Assembly: GCA_965237525.1 (NCBI GenBank)
Contig: CBDEFO010000008.1
Coordinates: 1,152,001-1,216,000, forward strand
From: Candidatus Latescibacterota bacterium
GTDB taxonomy: Bacteria > Latescibacterota > CBDEFO01
DNA: 64,000 nt
Direction: 5' to 3'
This document shows, piece after piece, positions 51,719 through 61,159 of this stretch; position 1 is the stretch's first letter; every line of letters starts with the position of its first letter. The position numbers and the translations under genes are program-made. Below the pieces are notes generated by a model, which saw nothing but the letters and a program-made list of their open reading frames with translations, did no database searches and had not been told where the DNA came from.

Positions 51719-51946
51719 GGCAGGGCCTCTTGAATGTCACCCAAACCCCTCACCGTATCCCTCCATCCCCTGACGTGGTATGAGGCGATGTCCGCCAGAA
51801 GGATGCACGGGTGATCTTTCGGGGCATTCTGAAGGTGCTAATCGAGAATGAGGTTCCTAGCCTGTGCTGACTATGTGGGTTAGCCAACTAAGCATGTCCC
51901 AAAGGTAATATACTTATCAGGGTATTATGACATAGGAGATGCGACA

Positions 51947-52141
51947 ATGAAACAGCCAAGGAAACGCAAGGTGGTCAAGAAGAGGACTGTTAAAGTTGTA
52001 AAGTCTTCATACATTCCGTCGAAGGCAGAATTGGAGATGGAGGTAAGTGTTCCGGAAGGCCTGGAGGGTGCGTCTTTTGATGATGTTGTCAAGGCTGTGA
52101 TAAGGCCAGTGGAAGTTGAGCATACGGACAAGCCTAAGTAA
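51947..52141 (+). CDS. Small basic protein conserved at the right end of the IS1595 element
   Basis: AGGAG RBS; homolog of 42842-43066. Confidence 0.7.
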   Translation: MKQPRKRKVVKKRTVKVVKSSYIPSKAELEMEVSVPEGLEGASFDDVVKAVIRPVEVEHTDKPK

Positions 52142-52626
52142 TTCTTTTTCCCATAGGAGTTAGGCGTGTCTTTTCTGTCTGGATAGCATTGTAAATAATT
52201 CCCGATCAAAAGAACTGGCGAGCCACAGTTCTTTTTCGATGACGACATCAAATTCCAAACCGCCATGTTCTCGGACATCGCGGTCGGTGAAGCTTGTGTC
52301 AGCTGTCACAACAATGAGCCGGAAACGACGAAGACCGACTGGATGTTGGGCGACATCATGGGTGCGACGACCTGGTCCTACCCGAAGGCGGAGGTCAGCA
52401 TGGATGAAGCGTTCTCCATGGTGAACGCGCTGCGACAGGGATTCAACGAAGCCTACGGAGAGTACCTGGCGAAGACGGCGACATTCTCCACCCCCCCTGC
52501 CGTCGGCGACAACTGGCCTGCCGATGGTTACTTCTTGCCGTCCGCCGATGTCTTTATGGGAGAAGCGGAACGGAGAGCGTCCCCCAGGATATTACGAAAG
52601 CTCTTTGCGCTTCAACGAGCCAAGGA

Positions 52627-53130
52627 GTGATTCCGTGTGCACGAAATCCTGGCGATCAGCCAAGAAAGATAACCACAGTGGCCGCCTCTGAGAACACCGA
52701 AGGTCGCAATAGATTCCAGTTTCGAATCCGTGCCAGCAGACTCATATCATCGAGGCGGTCCGAATGGAAATGGAGGCTTGCGGTCGTCGTTCTCGTTTTC
52801 GTATATCTTGTCCAAGACGCCATCGATCTTCGGTGGGAGTGGCTTTACCAACTCAAAGCGGTCGACGGCTTCAAATATGCCACCGGCACCTGTCTGATCC
52901 TGTATGTCGGATGGCAGTGGTACCTGTTCCTGGCGCGGCTTAAGCGATGGAAGGTCGGCCGCCTAATAGCGCTCCATCAAAGGAGTGGCGAGTCCCGTTG
53001 GAATCAAGATTCACAACAGATCTTACACAGCCTCCTGGGGGATTATCCACGTGATGCTGGACGCGCTGACGGTCATCCTGGGCCTCTTTCACGGCTATAT
53101 CGCGCTCTATTACAAACAGGGGAGTACGAG
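52627..53130 (+). pseudogene. Degraded membrane protein of the cytochrome operon
   Basis: Two TM helices, then the frame drifts into non-protein-like sequence. Confidence 0.45.
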
Positions 53131-53208
53131 GACGAGCCCGAGAGCGGGCGCATGAATGTCGCTGCCGGTGATCTCCTTGCGGCGCAAAGGTTTTCACCCT
53201 GTCCCAAA

Positions 53209-53865
53209 TCAGGTGATGTGGCCGGAGGCGATGTTGCCCAGGATTGACTTGGCGCAGACCTCGGCTGACGGGTATTCGTCGGTCTCGACCACGGCCCCGC
53301 GCATGCCACGGTAGGGCGAGACGGTCGACTGGTGATAGGCCAGGAAATCCTCGGGCATTGACTGGACCTCATTCTCCACCAGCCGGTTGACGACCCATTC
53401 GGCGTCCTCCCGGGCGTCCGCGTGGCTTGGCAGGAACTCGATCACCAGATCGAGGCCGGTCCCTGGACCCAGACGCCGATGGGGTCGTAACGCGGCGCCC
53501 GGATGCGGTCGAGCAGCGCGTACTCGACCATGTATCTCAGCTTCATGATGGCCAGTTCTCCGCGATCTCGATGTGCTCCTCGAGCAGTGCTTGATCGATC
53601 CGCTCGAACATCTCCCGGTTCTCCAGCTTGTACTCGCCCCAGCGGTCCCCGTCGGCCGCCAGATCCGACTCCAAGTCCGGGAAGATCAGCTCGACGTGAA
53701 AGCGCCGCTGGCGGTCGTTGACCAGGTCCAGCTCATAGGTGGCGTCCTGGGGACCAGCGGAGCACCTTGAGGGTGTGGGCGTGCTGGAAGCCCTCGTGGT
53801 AGTCGAGTGCCTTGAAGAACAGCCAGAAGTCGACCCGCGTAACGTTCCCCCGGGCGTCGAAGTGG
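53209..53865 (-). pseudogene. Fragments of two high-GC hypothetical genes
   Basis: Protein-like stretches switch frames; GC-rich third codon positions. Confidence 0.4.
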
Positions 53866-53869
53866 GGGG

Positions 53870-55379
53870 CCACGCGAAGCTTCGTACTGAGGGGAATACG
53901 TACGTTGTGGTGGATGCAGGTAGTACCAACGGCACGTTTGTAGACGACAAGAGAGTATCCCGCCAAGTATTGATGCCAGGTCAGACTATCAGATTCGATC
54001 TGGTTCAGTTTTAGTTTACAATAGCCCGAGTAGCAGCCAAGCTCGTGGGAAGGAGTGGCAGATATAGCGGGGTGGAGTCCTCTCTGGATAAAGAGACGAC
54101 TACTGTGAGGAGGGATTCTTCCTGTGAGCTGGTGCTGTCTGAAGAGACTGTGTCTGGATGCCACGCCAAGATCGAAAGGGCCGGCGACAGCTACACAGTA
54201 GCGGATTCGGGGAGCACGAACGGGACGTTCGTAAACGATCAGCAAGTGGCCGTAGGGGGGCTAAAAAACGGCGACGTCTTAAGGTTCGATAAGTGGGAGT
54301 TCGACTTCGACGACGGCACAAAGGATATGAGAGCCGAGCTTATGGGGCTTTTAAGACTGCCGTATCAAAACATTGTGTGCCAGTGGAGTGAACTTCCAGC
54401 TCATAACCTAGACCTGATCGTACACGATATCTCAAGGACCGACAAGACCTTTTGTGGCTATCTCCAGCTTGCGCTGAGAGCCAATCAGTTGTTTATGCTC
54501 TTCAGGGATGGAAAGATGGTAGGGGCCGGGAGAGAGCATGCCGGATTTTTAGAGGCCACAGATTTCCAGACCTTCTTTTCCATATCAAAGTCTAACGCGC
54601 AGATAAAGGTAGCTGTGTGTCGCACCGAAGGTAGGCTTCTCAACATGCTCTCTGTGGTGTTTAAGGAGACAGCAGATAGGAAAGAAGTGGTAGATGGCGA
54701 CTCTGTGGGTCAGCTTATGCAGAGTATCATGGGATCAGCCTCTTCTGACATCATATCCGTCGTAGCCGGGGACACTCTTTCTCTGGTAATGCTTGCTGAC
54801 GGACAGCCTTCAGATCTATTCCTTACGGATGGAGTCTCCGAAGATGGGGACGTTGTGGAGGAACTTATAAGAGCTGTCGAAGGCGCTGCAAGGGATGGGA
54901 AGATGACCCTGGAGTTCTATGCTGACTTGACAGTGGGCGACTGGAGCGATGAATTCTTCATTCCGCCCGATCATGTTGGCACAATGGTCGAGATTTGTCG
55001 GGACGTTTTTGGGACAATCTCAGAGGCCGTAGAAAGATCCGGAGAGTCAGCTGCCCGGGTGGGCGCCAGAGCCCTGGGCCGTGCATGTGCAGAGTTTCCT
55101 GATCTCTTCCAGGGGGTAGGGCTGACTCCAGATGGGTTCAACTTCGATAGGGACAGGGTTATCACGAACACAGCAGCCGTAAAGATGGCTGGTCGTTTAG
55201 AGACAGTTGGGGATGCCTTGATACGACTTATGACAGACTACTTAACCGATGCAAAGGACGTAAATGGGAGTGTGAAGAAGATTCTGGACAGAGAATTTGG
55301 AGATTTTGCAAAAAAATATCAAAAGAAGATATCGGCATCCAACCTAAGTGGATTTGTGACTGAGCTTGTAAGGGTATAA
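53870..55379 (+). pseudogene. Tandem FHA domain protein, 5'-truncated, in-frame TAG at 54012
   Basis: Two HA..D.GSTNGTFV FHA motifs lie in one frame across the stop. Confidence 0.8.
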
Positions 55380-55419
55380 ATAGTAGACAGCACCTTTTAA
55401 AAGGCCGAAGTCAAGAAAA

Positions 55420-55712
55420 CAATTCCACCATCCCGTAAAGTGTTGAGCTTTTCGGATTTGAGATGAGTTCTTTGACACACACAGACGTTTCGTTGAGCTT
55501 TGGCGGTCCAGCCGAGTTCGAATCTCTTGGTTGATCTGTCCATAAGCTGGCAGACAAGCACCTTTTGGGGCTTACAGTTAGGGAATTTGGCCTAACCGTT
55601 TCTTCTCACACGAAAGAAGCATCCCAGCTTCTATATCCGCAGGCGTCTGGCTTCCCAATCATACAGGCAAGTCTAAAGGACTTAGCTGTCTACTCGGGTT
55701 TGCCAGACGCGG
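55420..55712 (-). ncRNA. Putative bridge/seek RNA of the IS110 element
   Basis: Stem GCGTCTGGC/GCCAGACGC encloses loop segments matching both target flanks; a second domain holds AAAAGGTG matching the element end. Confidence 0.75.
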
Positions 55713-56743
55713 CCAGCTTTGGCTTTTGGAGCATCTATGCCTTTGAAGCTCTTGAAGGGTTCCTCCTTTTTCAGGACAAAATATGCGATCTTGGCCAGTT
55801 CTTTGGCCACAATAGTCGAAGCCACTTTAGGGTTAGTTTTTCGCAGTTTGCGATTATAGAATGTCTTGATCTGGGGATAGTGAGCGATTGCCCTTATGGC
55901 AGATTCTGTGAAGACATACTTTAGGTATCGATTGCCATCTTTGTTTGAGCTTTTGTGTCTTCGTTTGCCGCCGGAGTCTTTCGATCCTGGCACAAGGCGA
56001 CAGTAGGAGACGAAGTGTTTGTCATCGGGGAAGCGTTCAATATTGGCTGTTTCCAGAGAGATGGTGGCTGTTGCTATATGTCCGATGCCTGGGATAGAGA
56101 GTAGAAGTTGAGTCTCTGGTGTAGGTTTAAGTTGATCATTGATAGTCTTTTCTGTGAGTTTTATCTGGCGGTTCAATAGCTGGATGTTCTGAATATGGAG
56201 TCGGACACCCATTTTAGCCAGCTTTGGTAGGTCGAGTTGGCCAAGGAGTTTGAAGTTTTCAGGATGGTTCAACGGTGGTTTTGTGGGCAGAGTGATGTTG
56301 TATTTGCCGAGGGTCATGTGAATCGAGATTATATGGCTGGTTCGGTCGGCCACCAGGTTGAGTCTCTGGCGCATCGGGTCTCGTAGTGGTCGGAGCTCTT
56401 GGGGGACCTGATAAGAAGTAGGGATATAGTCCATTCTGAGAAGTTGGGCTAAAGTGTTTGAGTCGACCTTATCTGTTTTGACCTTGGCATAGCTTATGGC
56501 CTTCAGATATTTGGCGTGAGCGACTGTGCACGGGAATCCGTGGTCGTTGAGAAGGCCTGATATCCAATACCAGTTTGAGGTACATTCCACCACTGCCTTG
56601 TGGGGTTCATCAAAACTGGCAAAGTATTCCAGAATTGCCAGCTCATCGTTTCGGATTTTCTGTTGATTTAACACTTTTCCTCTTTGGTCCACTGTAGTGA
56701 TGAAACTGAATCTCTTGTGCAGATCGATTCCTGAAGAAAGCAT
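55682..56743 (-). CDS. IS110 family DEDD recombinase
   Basis: GIDLHK, VVE, KTDKVDS, SIPGIG, SGG catalytic Ser region and GNRYLK motifs. Confidence 0.95.
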   Translation of the reverse strand: MLSSGIDLHKRFSFITTVDQRGKVLNQQKIRNDELAILEYFASFDEPHKAVVECTSNWYWISGLLNDHGFPCTVAHAKYLKAISYAKVKTDKVDSNTLAQLLRMDYIPTSYQVPQELRPLRDPMRQRLNLVADRTSHIISIHMTLGKYNITLPTKPPLNHPENFKLLGQLDLPKLAKMGVRLHIQNIQLLNRQIKLTEKTINDQLKPTPETQLLLSIPGIGHIATATISLETANIERFPDDKHFVSYCRLVPGSKDSGGKRRHKSSNKDGNRYLKYVFTESAIRAIAHYPQIKTFYNRKLRKTNPKVASTIVAKELAKIAYFVLKKEEPFKSFKGIDAPKAKAGRVWQTRVDS

Positions 56744-56848
56744 TGGACACCTCCTGGTCTTGGGTTTGGGATTTAGCTGAAAATAACTAAATCCTACCAA
56801 ATCAGGAAGGCCTTTTATATAATATCATACAGTAGAGAGCAAACAGGA

Positions 56849-56995
56849 AGATTGCTTGGCGACCCCCGGTTAAATCGGGGGTCGCGATGACAGGTGAGGG
56901 GTGCACAATCACATTGCAGGACTTGGGCATGTAGTCATTGCGAGGGGCTCTTGCCCCGAAGCAATCCTTGATAGATTCAATCGGGGACAATCTCA
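56849..56995. repeat. GATTGC..GATGAC / GTCATTGCGAG..GCAATC palindrome pair with nested ..AATCGGGG hairpins
   Basis: Same family as 19418-19525 and the MITE core. Confidence 0.7.
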
Positions 56996-57048
56996 AGGGA
57001 TGGGAGGCGGTGCCCGTGACTACTGTCTGCTGACTTTGGAGGTACTGT

Positions 57049-57589
57049 ATGGCGAAGATTCTCTGCAAGTCTGGGAGTTTAAATGGCCAAGAGTTCGAAC
57101 TGACGGCGGAAAGTTATAAGATTGGAAGGGATGAGGGAAACGACATCGTTCTGACAGATGAGGGAATCTCGCGCAATCATGCTGAGATTAAAAAGGAGAA
57201 CGACGGATACATAGTAGCGGATCTGGGGAGCACAAACGGGACTTATGTGGATGAACAGAAGGTTACACGACACGTGTTAAAGAACGGTCAGACGGTTAGA
57301 CTTCATACAGTAGGAGTTCGGCTTTGTGGATGATGTCGCTGCGGGAAAGGAAGATTCAGGGGCCACTATGGTCAGACAGGCTGTACCGGAGGATGCAGGA
57401 ACCACTATGGTGAGACAGGCTGTACCCTCAGATGAAGAGGAAGAAAAGCCCGCCGCTGCACCTGGCAGACCTCAGCCTGCAAGGAGACCATCCAGAGAGC
57501 CGGAGAAAGGTGGAAGTGGCAAGATAATCGCTATCGTGGTAGTAGTTATAATTATAATAGCAGTTGTGGCCTATTTCGTCATGAAGTGA
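57049..57589 (+). pseudogene. FHA domain membrane protein split by a +1 frameshift near 57312
   Basis: IGR..ISRNHA..DLGSTNGT; removing one G gives TVEFGFVDDVAAG and joins the C-terminal TM. Confidence 0.78.
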
Positions 57590-57757
57590 GGTATAGGGAT
57601 CTAATCTGTTCAAAAAGAGTACAGAGTGAAGGTCTGAAATCTGGTGAGTTACCGGTAGTGTGACTGCTCAGCATGAGGCCGTAAACATATCTTCGATATT
57701 TTCTTTTGGCGACAGTAATACCCAACACGTAATATACAAGGTTCAAGGACGTTTGCG

Positions 57758-59916
57758 ATGGCATCGGATACGCCTAAGGACGGAGTTCCGAGAACAGATA
57801 GTTCGGAAAGTGGGGAAAAGTCCTCTGACACGCCTAAGGACGGACTTGAAAGCATAGATGCTCCTGGGGTGGGCAAGGTGGGAGGTCAGGGCAAGGATGC
57901 AGGAGTGACTCAGGTGTTCGCTCAACCTGTAGACGGAGGGGAGGAGGATTTAGATGAACTCCTAAAGCGTCATCTTTCGGATAAATACGAGATTATAACT
58001 GAGCTGGGGAGGGGCGGAATGGCTGTCGTGTATAAAGCCAGACATTTAGGTCTTGACAGGACGGATGCACTGAAGATCCTCCCGCAGGAGTACTCCTTTG
58101 ACGAGGAGTTCGTAAAGCGATTCCATCATGAAGCCAGGATGTCCGCCAGCCTGGATCATGCGAACATCGTCAGGATATACGATGTGGATCAGGCAGGTCC
58201 GATTAACTACTTCTCTATGCAGTTTGTGGACGGAAAATCGCTGTCCTCGATGATCGAAGACGGGGAGATCTCGTCCATAGACGAGGCTGTCTTCATCGCT
58301 CAGGAAGTCAGCAAAGCCCTCTCGTACGCTCACAGCGGGGGATAGTACACAGGGACATAAAGCCCGATAACATCATGCTGGACAGCCAGCACAGGGTGCT
58401 GGTGACGGATTTCGGCATCGCCAAGGCGGCGTCCGGTGTACAGCTTACGACCCCCAAAGGGGTGGCCATCGGGACGCCTCAGTATATGTCGCCTGAGCAA
58501 GCCAGAGGAAAGCCCGTAGATGGCAGGAGTGATATCTACTGTTTAGGAGTTGCTCTGTATGAGATGCTGACCGGGGAGGTCCCCTTCAAGAGTGACGATG
58601 CTACGGCGCTTATGTACCAGCACGTCCACGATATTCCGACCGAGCCTAAAAAGATCAATCCATCGCTGCCGGACGGCCTGAACAAGATTGTGATGAAGTG
58701 CCTTGAGAAGAAGCCGGAGGACAGATTCCAGAACGCAGACGATCTTTCAAACTCCCTGGAGACAGCAGACTTCCAGATCATAGAGTCGGGCGAAGGTCCT
58801 GTGGTCATTCAGCAGACCGAAGCCGCAACGACGACCGCTGTTCCAAGGAGGGCGCCGACAGCTCCTACAAGGAGAGTCAGGGTCGAAGAGAAGCCCAAAA
58901 CCAAGCTCTTCGCCATAGCGGGCGCTGTGATAGTGGCGGTCTTAGCCATTGCAGGCTTTTATATATGGAATCAGCAGAAGGAAGCTGAAGAAAAAGCGGT
59001 AAGTTTAGCTCTGACACGAAAGCAAGCAAGGGAGGACAGTTTGAGGTTTGCAAAGCGTGAAGCAGAGCGTCTTGAGCAGGCAAGACAGGACAGTGTAAAA
59101 CTGGCAGAGGCGGAAAGGAAGGCCAAAGAGGGAAAGGAAAAAGCCAGGCTGGCTGAACTTAGAAGGTAGCAGGAGGCAGAGGCCCGTAGCTCAGCTGAGG
59201 TGAACAGGCAAAGACAGCTTGCCGCTAATATGATCTTGATTGGCTCCGGTGAATTTATGATGGGAGCTAATGACGGTGACCCGGACGAGAGCCCGGCGCA
59301 TAAGGTCTATCTGAACTCCTTCTATATAGACAAAAACGAAGTTACCGTGTCCGATTACGAAAAGTTCTTTTTGGATACTGGACGGAGAGAACCCAGATAT
59401 TGGGAGGATTCCAAATTCAACGGCTCCAATCATCCTGTTATTGGCGTCAGTTGGCAGGACGCCAACGATTACTGCGAATGGGCGGGCAAGAGATTGCCTA
59501 CAGATGCAGAGTGGGAAGAGGCGGCAAAAGGCAGAGGTGGACAGAAGTACGCGTGGGGAAACTCAGCACCCGATGCTGGAGGGAAATACAGAGCCAACTA
59601 TGATCCTGGCAGTTACGATGAAGATGGATATAGTTTCACCGCTCCGATTTTAAGCTTTGCAGACGATAAGAGCCCCTACGGGGTTTTGGGCATGGCGGGA
59701 AATGCGAAGGAATGGGTCAGCGACTGGTATTCTGAGGACTACTATAAAGATACCTCAAATCGCAATCCCAAAGGACCTACCTTGGGCCGGGAGAAAGTCC
59801 TGAGGGGCGGTTCGTGGTACTATGCCAGTTCAGACCTTAGGACGACCTACAGATATAGCGATAATCCCAGAAAGAAAGATAACACTTACGGATTCCGGTG
59901 TGCCAAAAGTAAATGA
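57758..59916 (+). pseudogene. Ser/Thr kinase-TM-coiled coil-FGE/sulfatase-modifying domain protein; frameshift near 58340, in-frame TAG at 59167
   Basis: GRGGMAVVY, HRDIKPDN (shifted frame), DFG, GTPQYMSPE; LPT.AEWE, RGGSW, GFRC. Confidence 0.88.
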
Positions 59917-60072
59917 ACAGTGGACAGGGCATCCTCCTTCTCGTGTCTACCTGCAAACAGGTAGTAGATAGGGGAAGATACAGGCAGTAGCGAGTAATTC
60001 AAAGCTGATTGCTCTTATTTTGACGATTTAATAACCTCTTCGAGTTTTAGACCCTCGCGTGGGGGTAAAATT

Positions 60073-61020
60073 ATGAAGATAAACGTTGCAGGGGACACAG
60101 ATGTAGGGGTGATCAGGGATCACAACGAGGATAGCTTCTCCATAGATAAAGATCAGAGCCTGCTCATAATGGCTGACGGAATGGGTGGGCACGCCGCAGG
60201 AGAAGTAGCCAGCACCGCTGCTGTGGAATCTATAAACCAGGATGTGGTTTCAAAGATACAGGAGGTCCAGGAGGGGGATGAAGGCGCGTACGGAAAGATT
60301 TTGAAAGATGCTGTAAAGTCAGCTAATCGCATGATATTCCAGATGGCAGAAGACGAGCCTGCCAAAAAGGGAATGGGAACTACAGTTACAGCGATGCTGA
60401 TCAAAGGTGAAAGCTACATCATTAGTCACGTGGGGGACAGCAGGGCATATTTGATTCGGGATGGGGGGATAACTCAGATCACCAAGGATCACTCGTTAGT
60501 TCAGGAGATGATTGACGGCGGGACATTAAGTCCCGAGGATGCCAGACATCATCCTGAAAGAAACATAGTCACCAGGTGTGTGGGCATAAATACGGAAGTG
60601 GAGGTGGACATCTATACAGGCACGCTGAAGGAGGGAGACCGTGTTTTGTTGTGCTGTGACGGGCTTTCCGGGCCAGTTGAAGACAGCGACATTTTGAGAG
60701 CTATTCTGGACAGCGGGAATCCGAGCGCTGTGTGCAGGCAGCTTATCTCAATGGCGAATCAGAACGGGGGACACGATAACGTTACTGCCATTTTAGCTGT
60801 GATGGGGGATGAGGAGGTAGATGAAGAGGACCGGAACGAAGAGAACGTGGACAAGACAGCTAAGTTATCTGCTATAGAGGACGTCCCGGAAACGGAAGTT
60901 GAACCTGAGACCGTGGGCGTCCACGCGGAGGAGCAGAGCAACAAAAGGTTCTGGATTGTACTGATCGTACTCGTGATATTGATGTTGATAGGTGTATTTA
61001 CGTTTGACTATTTTAGATAA
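60073..61020 (+). CDS. PP2C-type Ser/Thr phosphatase (Stp1/IreP) with C-terminal TM
   Basis: R.HNED, ADGMGGH, MGTT, HVGDSRAY, CDGL and GGHDN motifs. Confidence 0.93.
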   Translation: MKINVAGDTDVGVIRDHNEDSFSIDKDQSLLIMADGMGGHAAGEVASTAAVESINQDVVSKIQEVQEGDEGAYGKILKDAVKSANRMIFQMAEDEPAKKGMGTTVTAMLIKGESYIISHVGDSRAYLIRDGGITQITKDHSLVQEMIDGGTLSPEDARHHPERNIVTRCVGINTEVEVDIYTGTLKEGDRVLLCCDGLSGPVEDSDILRAILDSGNPSAVCRQLISMANQNGGHDNVTAILAVMGDEEVDEEDRNEENVDKTAKLSAIEDVPETEVEPETVGVHAEEQSNKRFWIVLIVLVILMLIGVFTFDYFR

Positions 61021-61159
61021 TCGCTCCTGATTGGGGGAGCCAGATTTGCATTTTGGGTAGTGCAACGGTCATTTCGTAGTATGATGTGCGCAAAAGACGC
61101 AGATTCGGGGCAGTCTCGGTTGGGATTGCCCTCTTGTTTTTTGCCAAGGGGGTTTCAAA

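Larger units (their letters stand above)
49062..52203 (+). mobile_element. IS1595-family element with passenger genes, copy B (N4/N6 MTase plus REase cargo)
   Basis: Same TIRs as copy A; perfect 8-bp TSD GATCAAAA at 49054-49061 and 52204-52211. Confidence 0.95.
48676..52630 (+). pseudogene. Tll0287/DUF3365-like heme protein, frameshifted near 48960 and split by IS1595 copy B
   Basis: ..PINDANKF..NEIK continues as RTGEPQFF..ACVSCHN across the TSD. Confidence 0.8.
55391..56827 (-). mobile_element. IS110 family (IS1111-type) element
   Basis: Sub-terminal IRs TAAAAGGCC (55398-55406 / 56809-56817); TG core at both ends (55391-92, 56826-27); long 3' non-coding end. Confidence 0.88.

Noticed and set aside
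38270..59169. Amber (TAG) recoding, suggested by in-frame TAGs at 38270, 38970, 54012 and 59167
   Set aside because: TAG ends conserved genes at their normal termini (rtcB VVKG, ptsI, pyrF). The 38970 TAG is TGG in the sister copy, the implied residues differ, and the same genes have other lesions.
59200..59916. Diversity-generating retroelement target (FGE/C-lectin C-terminus)
   Set aside because: No reverse transcriptase or adenine-variant template repeat was seen in the window.
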